From assembly GCF_009914755.1 (NCBI RefSeq), contig NC_060931.1: DNA of 64,000 nucleotides. The stretch is one strand, 5' to 3'. Both the position numbers and the translations under genes were made by a program. Below the pieces are notes generated by a model. That model searched no databases and was not told where the DNA came from. It saw only the letters and a list, made by a program, of their open reading frames with translations. Source of the DNA: the human T2T-CHM13v2.0 reference genome, Homo sapiens. Positions 20,431 through 33,379 of the stretch are shown piece by piece; position 1 is the stretch's first letter, and each line of letters starts with the position of its first letter.

Positions 20431-21572
20431 CATCATGGGAGCGGAGAATAGACGTCCTAAGGAAGCTGGCTTTGGTTCTGTTGGGAAGTGTGGTGCAGCA
20501 CGTACCTTGCAGGCATCCATTCTGATTTCAAACACTCAGTAGTACAGAAATAACGGTATCAAACCAGCAAAAATCCTGAGATTTTGGTACTTTAAAATTC
20601 TACGGTATGCTGGACGTCAGCATACTGAGTGGGGGTATTGTAATTGTCAGGCTTAAGGTGAAAGTTGTAGTTTACTGTCATCTCCTGCTGTTCAGGCATT
20701 TGCTCTCCGAAAGATCTTTTTCCACTGGGAGGATTTATAGTAGAGTGTGCATTTGTAGTTGGTCTTTTTACACAGAAAATACTGAAAAAGGCAAGAATAT
20801 AAAATGATTGTGTCATTGGTTTGTTTTCATTTTTTTCTTGTGCATTTTCTAATAAAGTTCACTGTTACTTCTATTAAGAGTAAATAACATTTACATATTA
20901 CAAATCATGAGACTAAAGGAGCAAATATATTCTCCTTACATTGATAAAAAGTATCTAAATTAACCTTGCTCTCTGTAGGTACTTATTTTATGTCTAAGAG
21001 TGGGTCACAGAGACTGATCTGAGGTGAGAGGTGATTCTTTCACTAGGAACATGAGTGATACTTGGCAGTAAGAATTGTCCACAAAGAAATTACTTTTAAT
21101 TTGGGCTGGGGTTAGGGAAAATTTTTGTAGGGAATACTGATATAATAAAATTTCAGATAAAAGCTGGTTTTAGTGTGACGACATGACTGAAGAAAAAAAG
21201 TTTCTCCTTTTCAATAGTCTCAGTCAAAGATAGTGATAAATTAACTCTAGACAGTGAGATTGAAGTAAAAAGGAGTGAGAAATGATGAAAGGATTTTGGA
21301 GGCTACATCAGTAGAACGGCACATTTGGACTGCTTGTCTGGCAGTGAAGGGGAAGGTAGGTGGGGTCAGAGTTATAAAATGTTGAGCCTTTAAGTTACAA
21401 TAAACTCATAGAACTTTAGTGTTAGTTTAATTAATACATTGAATTTCACTATGATCTGTATTAAACTCAAAGCAATAAGTCCAGCAGGAATTTTTGGAAT
21501 TTGTTTATTTTCAGACGTGTAAGCAGCAATGATGTGTAGGACTTTGTCTATTAATTGCAAGCAAGAATTTGA

Positions 21573-21574
<2 letters not shown>

Positions 21575-21603
<29 letters not shown>
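21575..21603. repeat. Poly-T run (29 nt)
   Basis: Read directly; about 200 nt upstream of the exon at 21801. Confidence 0.95.
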
Positions 21604-21800
21604 GAACATTAACTGTTAATGTTTAAGGTTATTTTCTCCTGGAGTCAGCTTAGGGTTTCATGTGGCCTTTTAACAGGACATTTTGCAGTATTTTTTACAT
21701 CTGAAATATAAACAATTAAATATTTTAGCATTCTTTAATATTTAATTCAAAAGAATATGAACTTACTGTCCTTTTTTTGCCTTGTGTATCTGCAATATAG

Positions 21801-21972
21801 GGAGGTATGGAAACATTGGAACTTCAAAAGGACATCAAAGAAGAATCAGATGAAGAAGAAGAAGATGATGAAGAATCTGGACGATTACGTTTCAAAACTG
21901 AAAGGAAAGAAGGAACAATTATTAGGCTCTCAGATGTAACTAGAGAGAGAAGGAACATTCCAGAAACTTTGG
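21801..21972 (+). CDS. RBM33: RBM33 coding exon (172 nt) GGMETLELQKDIKEESDEEEEDDEESGRLRFK...IPETL
   Basis: aatatAG acceptor ending 21800; TTGG|GTAACT donor at 21973; phase 0 to 1; ORF 21807..22040. Confidence 0.93.
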
Positions 21973-22182
21973 GTAACTTTTTTGCCTGTCTCCCATCCTC
22001 CTTTACTCTCATTTCAACTTCCTCCATAGTATTGCTGTAATTAATCAAAGTAGGCAAAGAAGGTTGACTAGGTAATTGCGGCTGCCGTCCGGAGAGTGGC
22101 CGGACTTTGGAGTGAGTGCTGTTTATGGTACTGTAAAACTCATTCTTTAAAATCATTGCTGTTTATGGATTTAAAATGCTTG

Positions 22183-22188
22183 AATAAA
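22183..22188 (+). terminator. Candidate intronic polyadenylation signal (AATAAA) for a read-through short RBM33 isoform
   Basis: AATAAA about 145 nt after the in-frame read-through stop (TAA 22038-22040), followed by ATTAAA at 22201 and a T/GT-rich tract. Confidence 0.55.
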
Positions 22189-22592
22189 ATGTTTAAGATA
22201 ATTAAAAAAAATTTTTTTTTGAGTCTGTGGCCTACAGCTGCTCTTGTACATGCTGTGGTTCCTGGCTGGTCTTGAAAAGGTGGCATGGGGATGGTAGCTA
22301 TGGGGCCAGGTTGACCCTTCCCAAGACCCTGAGGTTGTCAGGGCGAATTCTGGACAAGACCGGTTTATATTTTGTACCTTTTAGTGTCTTCATAGCTATA
22401 TCTTTTTTTGTGTTTTCTGCAGTTCCTCTGACTTTAATGAGACAAGTTGACTCGTTTATAGAAATAATCACTCTGAGCAAAGCTTGCTGTGTGAAAGGTC
22501 TACTACAGACTGCTGCTGATTCACGGAGACTTTTAATAGCGACCCTACCCCTCATTATACAGTGTTTTTCAATGTCCACTGCAAGGAATAAA

Positions 22593-23082
22593 GCAGTGAT
22601 TCCAAATTTGAGTGAGCGTTAGAATCTCAGAGGACTTGTTAAAACACAGATTTTGGGACCTGCTCCCAGCTTCTCTGATTGATTAGATATAGGGTAGAGC
22701 CCAAAAAAGTTGTATTTTTTTTGTTTTGTTTTTGAGACAGAGTCTCGCTTTGTTGCCTAAGCTGGAGTACAGTGGCACAATCTTGGCTCACAGCAACCAC
22801 CGCCTCCCAGGTTCAACTGAGTCTTCTGCTTCAGCCTCCCGAGTAGCTGGGTCTACAGGTGCGTGCCACCACACCCGGCTAGTTTTTGTGTTTTTAGTAG
22901 AGACGGGGTTTCACCATATTGTCCAGGCTGGTCTTGAACTCCTGACCAAGTGATCCACCCGGCTCAGCCTCCGTAAGTGCTGGGATTACAGGCGTGAGCC
23001 ACCGCTCTTGGCCTAGAAAGTTGTATTTCTAATGAGTTCCCATGCAATGCTGCTCCTGCACTGGTGCTTCCAGAACCACTGG
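22593..23082. mobile_element. MER5-like relic split by an Alu insertion
   Basis: ttagaatctc...cttgttaaaacacagatt before the Alu and tgtatttctaatgagttccc...agaaccactg after it. Confidence 0.65.
22718..23013 (-). mobile_element. Alu (AluS-like) nested in MER5
   Basis: Reverse Alu; TSD aaagttgtattt at 22706-22717 and 23017-23028. Confidence 0.96.
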
Positions 23083-25656
23083 GATATTGTCCTTCCAAGG
23101 AGGAGGGCAGGCAGGAGGGCAGGAGGACACAGGGGCTCTGCCTGCCATCTGGTCTTGGTCTAGATAAGAATCAAGACTTACCTTTCATGATTAATTACTT
23201 TTTAAAACCATTATTCATAGTCTTTTTTTTGTCCAAAACATGAGCCTGTATCTTTAAGTAGCAGATACGAATTCTGTGGGAGGACACTAAGCTTCAAAGA
23301 TGCACAAGATAGCAGTAGTCAACCAATATTATCTTAATTTACTAGGCAAGATTGTTCAGAGAGATTCTTCTAGAATCTTTGTTCTCTTTTTCTTTGTGGT
23401 CTAGTTTACTACTACTCCATCTTGTGGCCCAAGATTTCCCTAGACTTTTTTCAAGTTATGATATGAAGTTGCCAGTTGAGCTGAAGCAGATTTCTTAGAA
23501 GCATCTTTAATTTCTAAGAAATAGAGTCTGGCATTGGCCTTAGGTGAAAGATGGAGCGAAGGTCTTAAAACAGAAGGATGAAAATAAACAAAATACATCA
23601 ACAGGAGGAATTGGTAATATCACAGAACAGTCTACTTGAGCAGAGACATGTCAGTCTTGGCTTGAGATGAGATGGACAAAGGAAAGCTCTCCATACCTGG
23701 CAGAATACTAAGGAATTCTAAGGGCAACCCACAGCCACCACCTGGAAGGCATAAAGCTTCCTGAACTGGGGAGGGATGGAGGAAGAGAAGGATTAGTCAT
23801 CACTACTGCTTCTTTTGTTGGGTCTTGTTATCTGGGCTGTGGCTTTGATTACATACATTTAAAACATGATGTATAAAAGCATAGTCACTGAGAACTCCCC
23901 AGGTAGCTACAAGTTCTAAGACTATTAATTCACTTGCTAGACAACATTACAAATGGGGGCTTTCCCCAACTCTGTAGTCTGCTCCCTGTGGGCTGGCTGT
24001 GGATTTCATGGCTCGTCTTTCCTCTTCTGTACCACCCTGCCCTGATTTGTGGTGCCTCTCTGCCTTTCCCACCTCCCTGGTTTCCAGCTGCGTTATCTCA
24101 TCCCTGTTCATTGTCCCTCCACCCAACCACTAGTAACATCCTTGTTCTGCAGTGATGGCCAGCTTGCATGTGTGCTTAGTGTCTGTTTCAGTCCTGCATC
24201 TCCTTCTTCTCAGGACTTTTCCCTCATTTTTTTCTTTCCAAGGTCATTGACAATTTCGTGTATTTAAATAACTTGTATTAAATCTGTTTTGCTTTTTAAG
24301 GCATCTGGAAACTTTGTGTTCATGTAATTCTGGGACAAGAAGCTGGAAAGGTTGGTTTGTGGTGGGCAAGTCCTCTCCTTGGAATTATGGGGGAAGAGTA
24401 TGAGACCCTTAGAGGCAGAGTAGCTATAAACATATACAGCTTGACTAGTGACCATTCTCAGAAACAATAAAAAAGCACTTAACTGGATTTTTGTAGAATG
24501 TGGTTGTTTGGCAAGATGATAGGGCAGGTGAAACCATAGTTAAAAGTACCTTTTTCTGTTCCGTATTACTTAAGAAAGCTTGGTGCTTGGAAACATGAGT
24601 TTCAGATAACTGTAAAGTTAGGATTTTTCCCAACACAAAGGAGGATTTTTCTGTCCGTCAAAAGATTGGTTTCCTAAAACAGTGAATTCTCTTGTTACCT
24701 TCAGTACCTCCCCCCAAACAAAAGATGAATTTTACATCTGAGGAAATATATATTGAAAAAGAGATAATGCCTCAGTATTTGGTAAACTAGACATTTGAAT
24801 ACATTTTTACACATCAGTTTATTTGTGTGCTCCTAGAGATCAAAATAAAAAAACCTGAACAGTCTCAGGTTCTGTGTAGAAATAATTATTTGATTGTGTA
24901 AAGCTGTTTGCCTACTCTGTAATGGGATTAAAATATCTTGCCACCAGAGTACCTGTTGTCTTATATGAGGTGTACTTTTTTTTTTGTTTTCGCTGATATT
25001 GTTAGTGTTGAGAACACTTCATTCTTTAAGAGGGAGAATCAAATGATGCACTGGTATCCCCAATTTCTGACTCTAAAAGTTTACATGTGAAACGAGTTCT
25101 CTTCCAATCTAGGAGGGAGTTTTGGTTACTTTTAGTCTTTTTTCACATTCACATCTCTGTGAAAAACATTCATATATATGACAGCCTCAGCAGTTAAGGA
25201 ACAGTTTTATGCACAGTTGTTGATTGGTATTTTGAATGCAGGTTGGATTAGAAGTAGAATTCTGGGCTTTCATCTAGGTTAAGATCTTAATTGACTAGCT
25301 TTTTTTGCTCTATCAGGATTGTGGAAATTAAACCTTACAGAAAAAGATTTGAGTGACAGTGTTCTCGGTTTTCCCAAGGACGATACAGAACTACATACCT
25401 AGGAAATAAATTAATTCATTACATACAGAGGATGTTGTAGGGTGTAAGTGCTGAACTCCCTCCTGGAGCTCAGTTGAGCCGGGCTACAGAGTAGGCATGT
25501 GTAAGGAATGGTTCACTGTGAAAATGCCAGTCGCCATTTCTGAAGATGGTGTCACTGACCAGTGTCCCCCAATTGCCAGTCCTGCAAGTTGAGAGCTCTC
25601 TTTTCGTCTAGGAGGTGGCCCTTGGATTGCCTTAGAAAGCAATGTAAGCCATAAAT

Positions 25657-25699
25657 GAAAGACTGCATTTATTTTAGTTAGAAAGACTGCATTTATTTT
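25657..25699. repeat. Short direct duplication gaaagactgcatttatttt (24-bp period)
   Basis: Two identical 19-mers at 25657 and 25681. Confidence 0.9.
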
Positions 25700-27237
25700 T
25701 AATTCATTATCTGTGAGTAGGCTTCCAGATTATTTTATTCCGAGTTTCATTGGCACGTGTTACATGTTCTTTTTTATTGCTGTAGCCTAAAGAACCTGCT
25801 TGTACACCCACAGAATATTCTCTTGAAATAATATCATTAATTTCAGAGGATCTGTGGGAAAGAGATTTCTCGGTAGTAACAAACAATTCAGAATTGCTAA
25901 TGCCAGCAATAGCTCACTGTTCAAGGGTTTATACTTAATGGTCCTTATATTTGCAGGGCCTTTAAAATTTTCTTGATTCAGTTGTCTTTTAAAAAAAAGT
26001 CAGACTGTCATTTGTTATTTTTATTTTGCCAAACAAATTGTGTATTCTATATGTATTTCAACTATTATAAAATTATTTGCATGCAAATATATTTTTCTTA
26101 ACATTTTAGAAAGGGACAGTGCAGTGTAAACTTTGTTACATTGAGGTATGTATCTCTTTAGAATCTGGACATAGTTCAGAAAACACTTAAAGGGAAATTA
26201 ACATTTCAGTTGAAGTTACAAATGTAATTTCCATCCTGTCATATTTTGGTGACCTTTTGTGACAGCTTGTCTCAATTGGAGGAAAGCATTTTTACTTGCT
26301 GATTAAAGATGTCATTTGAAACCATTTTATTACTGAGGATAGTGAAATTAATCTTGACACTCAGAACCACTAGAAAAATAATTGCTGATTCACTGCGTAA
26401 AATGTGTGTGTGAACTAATCATGTAGTCAAGATTAGAATAAAAGTCTATGCTGGTTAAGAAGAGATTAAATTTTCTTTCAAATGGGGTCTAGTTTTATTT
26501 GAAGGAGAGAGGGGTACCATATAAACAATTTCAAGAAAAATGTGACTTAGAGATTTTGGAGGAGTTTGGAGATGATGATGGGATCCAAGGTAGAAGGTAG
26601 ACTCTGGTAATATTGAAAGCGTACCCTTGGCTGGGGAAGAAGGCAGGAGAAGGTGTCTTGGTATAATGTACTCAGTGACATTTTTAGAAAATGTGGTGTA
26701 AGATCTGTTGTCCCAATTTAGCTAGTGTTGTAAAAGGACCATATGTGGCTAAATCATTTTCGTTTCCCTTTAGGAACCTAGAAGAATGTGGCATCTGAAG
26801 TTTCTTAGGGCCAGTGCCCATGTTTTCTGTATCCCTAAAGCATTGGGCAGAGCAGTGAGCAGCTGCTGGACACTCCACACGTGTTTGCATGAGTGTTTTC
26901 TCATGTGACTTTGCTCTCATTTGATTTGGCTTCTCTGTCAGTCTGCATGCATATGAGAAGGCTTCACAGTAAAGTTTTAAGAAAATAAATACAAAAAATT
27001 GAAATGATATGTATTAAATTGAGCTTTTTATTCTTTATGAAATCACCTTGACTTCGGAATGAGTTCATTAATAGTTTTGTTTTTAAGTGAGAATGATCGG
27101 GAATTTGTGTTCTTGCGTCTATGTGCCATCGTATGCTATTAATAGCTCTACTGGCTTCAGTAAGAAAATCATACTGCTGTAGGACTGGTAGAACTTCTGA
27201 CTGATGTCATGCACCATCAGTAAAAGGTGTGACTGCA

Positions 27238-27595
<358 letters not shown>

Positions 27596-27887
27596 TTAGC
27601 CTCAGTCAGCACATATCAGTGGTCTCCGATGAAAATAATTTAAAATTTACTGTTAACACTTGCATTGTGTCATAACGGAAAGCCTGTTCTTATTTATCAG
27701 ATCTCACTAGTGGGTTGTGTGTGTTGCTGGTTGTATCGTACTTGCCGCTGCTAGTTGGGTGTTTCCTGCGGGTGAAGCACATGCTGTGGCAGAGTTTCAT
27801 TGTCACATCATTCTTTCCTGTTCTCTCCCTAGACCTCCAGTTTGGGCTCTCGGAAAGTAACTAACACATACACATTTTTTCACATAG

Positions 27888-28096
27888 AGCTTTCAGCAGA
27901 GGCCAAGGCAGCATTGCTTGAATTTGAAGAAAGGGAGCGACAGCATAAACAAGGACGCTACAGCTCCAGGCGGGGAGGACGGCGAGGAGGTCCGCTGATG
28001 TGTCGTGGTGTGGGGGACCAGAGGAGAGAGAGCACCGAGAGGGGCAGGATGAAGGACCACAGACCTGCGCTGCTTCCTACACAGCCTCCTGTCGTG
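27888..28096 (+). CDS. RBM33: RBM33 coding exon (209 nt) ELSAEAKAALLEFEERERQHKQGRYSSRRGGRRGG...PTQPPVV
   Basis: cacatAG acceptor ending 27887 with a branchpoint-like CTAAC upstream; the G|AG junction codon rebuilds Glu; donor GTG|GTAACT at 28097. Confidence 0.93.
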
Positions 28097-28513
28097 GTAA
28101 CTTCAGATTTTCTTGTAGTAGCCCTAGAACTTCAGAACAAATGGCAGTAAGCTTTTGTGGGTATCCTAGTATACATTTCTCTCTTCTTAGTCTGAAATGA
28201 AAGGTTAGTAGCAGGGGTAATGGCTGAAGTTTCTGCTTTATAGTCTCATGTGATGTTGCATATAGTCTTAGAAATTCAGCACTCCAGTCATCTGGTAGTA
28301 AGAAATCATCCTGTACCACAGATACTTCCAGAGGAGGAATTAATGAGCGACCTGATGCCCTAAGATGACATAAGCTGTTGGACCTTGCTACCTAAAGCCT
28401 CTAGAGAGGTATTTCTGAGTGCATTACATTTGAGAGATGTTATTACAGATAGAATTTAGGCAGAAGTTGTTTATTTTATAAAAATATCTTTACCTTTTTA
28501 CTGTTTACCATAG

Positions 28514-29006
<493 letters not shown>

Positions 29007-30214
29007 TAGGGATTGTATGGCTTTTTACTTAGAAGTCAGTCTTCAAGGAAAAATTTACTTAATACAAATATGTGTCCACTGTGTCTACCACATGCCGTTT
29101 TTACATTTTTATCTGAATTTAGAGAAAACGACATTTCACTTCTGTTGAAATATTATATTTCAGGAGCCATTCATTTGTGAAATAACAAAGTAGAAGAGAT
29201 AATTTTTGTTTTAGCATGAGAATTCCAACTCTGATATGTAAAGGGAGAGGAGTAGGTAGGCATACACAATTTGATGATACGAGGAACTGCTGTTTGCTTA
29301 TACAGCTGTTTTGTTTTTGAGCATCTCTAACAGCAGAAAGGCTGGATTTACAGTTTGTCTTTTTTCCCTTCGTTGCTCCCTGTCTCCGCCGCAAACCTCC
29401 ACTGGCCATATGTTGAATAGCCATTTTGATTATTTTGGCCTCTTTCGGGGCCAAACAACTCTCATACGAGGCCAGTGTTTACGTAATTGTGTCTCTGATC
29501 CTGGAAAAGTTGTTGAGCTCTGTTTTCTTACCCACAAAGAAGGGAAGAGCACGTATCTCTCACCTGCCTCCTTAGAGAGGCTGAACTGAGATGGCGTGAA
29601 TGCTTTTAGAAATGTCATGGATATTCAGTTGTCCTCAATCCTGATGGTGACGTTGTATCTCTGGATTGTAATGTGACTGATTTGGACTGTTAGAGCCTAC
29701 TGTGTACTAGGAGTAAACTAGACAGCTGCCCTAAGACTGACACAGCTTTGTAAGCAATAGTCTCGTCTTTGCTAATCAGTGATGAGATCAGGACTGTGGT
29801 ATCCTCCGCTCCAACTGCGTTCTGTTACATCATAAGCTTTCTCCATCCTATTCACTCCCCATCCCAGAGCTATTTTGTCTCTTTGAGTCTTGACCCCCAA
29901 AGTTTTGGAAAGAATATTTTTGGCTCATGTCTCTGCTTGTACCCATTTTCTCCTTGGTTGGCTCTTTCCTGCCTGGATTCCGTTCTGTTCCCTGTTCTGA
30001 ATGGTGCCCTCAAGAGATGCCACCTGACCCCTTGTCCTGTTGGACCGCACTCTGGGGCCTTGGGCATCACACGGTCTCTTTGTCTTGAGCAGCTCTTTTT
30101 TGGGCTTACGAGATTTTGGATGTACTCTCTTATCTTCTAGAATGATTTCTTCTTTCTCCCTTTTGACCTTCCTTTTTATTTTCAAATTAAACTTTTATTA
30201 AACTTCCTTTTTAT

Positions 30215-30410
30215 TTCCAAATTAAACATAATATATGCATAAATATATTGCATATGTTTATGAGGTACAGTGCACTGTTACAGTATGTATATGTTGTGGA
30301 TGGATTATAAAAAGCTAATTAACATTGGCATCCCCTTAAATACTTCCTGGTTTTTGGTATTGAGCATTGAAAATCTCTTTGAACAGTTTTGAAATGCCTT
30401 TTCTTTAACT
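30215..30410 (-). mobile_element. L1MA-like 3' end fragment
   Basis: atatgtttatgaggtacagtg...agctaattaacat...ttgaaaatct pattern. Confidence 0.6.
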
Positions 30411-31259
30411 GCATTTTTCTTCAGGTTTTGTTCTAGTCCTCCTTTTCCTCAGTGGTCTCCCCAGCACTGTTCCTCTTGCTGTCACCTACTGTTTCTCAGT
30501 GAGTCTTAGTCTCTAGCCTAACCTCTTTCCAGCTCCATTTTCTCCATCTCCCAACTGTCCCTGTACCTCTCCAGACACATGTTTCACAGGCCCTGAATGT
30601 CACTTGTTTAATCAAACAAACATGATCTTTCCCTCAGAACTCTGTGGTCTTGAATTAATGACCATGCATTGTGGTCACTCTCAGTTCAATTAAAATTTAA
30701 CTTGGGTGTCCCTGTGTCTGTTAGTGTGCTGTCTGTGGGATACAATGGTGAGTAAGATAGACAAGATCCCTACTCTCATGGGCAAATGTGCACAGATGTG
30801 ATGAGTTAAGGAGGGGGAAACATACTGCATTCTGGGAGCATGTGTGCTAGTGGATGTGAGCTGGTACCAGAATCTTTTGAAACGTCTTCTGTGAGGAAGG
30901 ATAGGTGGGCCAAAGCCATTCACAGATTAGTTTTAGAATTCTACTCATTGTTCCTCTGAGATGTCTTCTTGCTCTTTGTCAGACTATGGCTTTTCCATTG
31001 ATTCATCTCTCACCATTCCCTATTAGATGGTCTCCTTCCGTCTTCTTTACCCTCGTTCATCTCACACTGCTGTGAATGATCATTTTCCTACCAAAGAGAT
31101 CATTCGTGATCCCTTATTATACGTGTTGTCTCTGTGGCATAGAAATGGATCATTTACTTGGAATTCAGAAGCCCTCCGTAATTTGGCATCATCTCAGGGA
31201 AAATGCTTGTTAAATTAGACAACTGAATAAGTAGTGGTCTACTGCTAATTAGCTGTGTC

Positions 31260-31445
31260 GTCAGTTTGGTTAGTGATTAAAAGCAAAACCTGTGGAATCA
31301 GATGGCCTGAATTCCAGTTCCGGCTTTTCTCCTTTCCAGCTACTTGATCTTGTAAAAGGAGGTCAGTAAATAGGACCTAGTTTATAGGATTGTGGGGAGC
31401 TAGGTCAGCTGACTTTCTCTACTGACCGTATAATAGGAACTTAAA
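31260..31445 (+). mobile_element. MIR fragment
   Basis: ggaatcagatggcctgaattc...tgtaaaagg...ataggattgtgggga MIR-like core. Confidence 0.5.
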
Positions 31446-32229
31446 ATGTGGGGAAGATTTAGTCCACAGCAGCTGTTGCAGTTGTTGATTTCTTCCTCTC
31501 TAGTGACTGTTTGATAAAATAACCACCCTCGAATTGAGATCTCTGATCACTTTGAGTGTGTAATTTTCTTACCTTCTTTCCTGCCTTCTTCCCTGGTCTC
31601 CTGATTTTACTAAGCAGGTGGGTCTGTGCTGCTTCTGCTTTTTTCTGGGTATCTGTCCCTCACTCTGCCTTGCACCTCTCTCTTCTTCATCACCGAGTTC
31701 AGGTGTCACCCTCTCAGAGAAGCTCCCTCCCAGCCTCTCCTGGAGGCTCTTTGTGGCCCTGTCCTGTTCTCAGGCCTCAGTTCCGGAGCAGGGTAACTGG
31801 TGCACATCTCCTGCCTTGCTTACCAGAGTTCCTGGAGGGGGATGCAAGGCTGCTACAGGGAGGGCTGTGGCAGCTGCTCTTCTGTCCCTGGCACAGGGCT
31901 TTGCTCAGTGTGGGCAGTTCAATTCCCTGAACTGAATTTTTTTTTTTTTTTCAAAATTCACACTGGGTGCTTTGGGGCTGTTTTCCCTCTTGCGTGGGGA
32001 TTGACTCAATTGTGAGACTGTAGCCCTCATTGTGAAGAAGTAGAGAAGCTTCTTTATCCTGCTGTTTTGATACAAGTTGTTACTACAGACTTCTTACATT
32101 GTAACTTAAAAAATGCAATCAGTGTAAATTTGTAACACATCAGCATTCTTTTAAATGTTGATTTCGGTGAACTTTTGTTTTTTTTTTTGTGATTTGTAGA
32201 CTCATTCTCCAAGGTTAATTCCTCCACAG

Positions 32230-32482
32230 CCCCAGGCTCCCCCTCCACCGCCTCCGCCGCCTCAGCAGCAGCCGATCAGAAGCCTGTTCCAGCCGCAGCC
32301 GCTGCAGCCGCTGCTTCCGGTGCAGCACCCGCACCACCCATCCCCGCCTCAGGGAATGCACATGCCTCCCCAGCTAGAGACCCCAAGGATGATGATGACC
32401 CCGCCACCCGTGACTCCACAGCAGCCCAAGAACATACACATCAACCCGCACTTCAAAGGGACGGTGGTCACGCCTGTTCAAG
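32230..32482 (+). CDS. RBM33: RBM33 coding exon (253 nt) PQAPPPPPPPPQQQPIRSLFQ...KNIHINPHFKGTVVTPVQ; an alternative upstream acceptor would start it at 32200
   Basis: ccacAG acceptor ending 32229; donor CAAG|GTCTGT at 32483; Pro-rich frame of ORF 32320..32508. Confidence 0.9.
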
Positions 32483-32512
32483 GTCTGTGTTTCCTTTTAC
32501 TATTGTAAAGCA

Positions 32513-32879
32513 TAGATGGCCCCAGCTTCCAATGGTTTGACTTAGGATTTTTCCACTGACGCGTTTTTGACTTCATGAGTGTGTGAAAGCAGTATGCGTT
32601 CAGAAGAAATCATCGTTCGAATGTTGAGATTTGATCTCTCCTGGGGTAGCAACATGCATCCCAAAACTCCCTCGAAGCTGGGCAGGGGGAGCTGCGGTTC
32701 CCAGCCCCGATGATTTTGCCAACTGTGCAATGATGTGAGTGTTCTGAGCTGAAGGTAGGTGAGGCTAAGCTATGATGTTTCATTGGTTGGGCATATTAAA
32801 TGCATTTTGACTAAGGGTCTTTTCCACTAACGATAGCCTTATTGGGATGTAACCCCATCCTATGTTGAGGAGCATCTGT
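32513..32879 (-). mobile_element. MER47/Tigger5-like DNA transposon relic, starting 30 nt after an exon donor
   Basis: Terminal gggatgtaaccccatc...gaggagcatctg and internal gtaggtgaggctaagctatgatgtt motifs. Confidence 0.7.
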
Positions 32880-33379
32880 TATGTTATAGATTACTGTGCA
32901 TCTGAAGGCATTTATTAGTTTATTGCACTGAAGCCGTCTCTGCGGCAAAATAGTTTTCACATTCAAATTTGTAAGATTGAGTTTTCCTTGGCTCTTCCCC
33001 ATTCATTTAGATTTTAGTTTGATGGGTCAAGTATATTTCTTTAAAAATGTGTATCTCTTATTGTATAATTGAGTGGAAAGTGCTGAGAGTACAGTCTGAA
33101 TGCAAAGAATACACTAGAGACCGCTATTGGAATGCCTGAACTGTGACACTTTGTAAGTCTCCCGGTGAGGATGTTTGCAGTGGTGAGTGTCCCTCTTTGG
33201 TTCCAGGCAGCATGCCCCCCTTCAATTCCAGTGTCAGCTGGTGGAGAGGGGACACACCATCTTTTAGTTGTTGTAATCAAATAAATACAGATCTGATTAT
33301 TACTGAAACATGTTCCTTAAGCTAGGAAACGGTTTTTGAGCAGTTTATACGAAGCTTTAACTTCATGTACCTGTGAACA

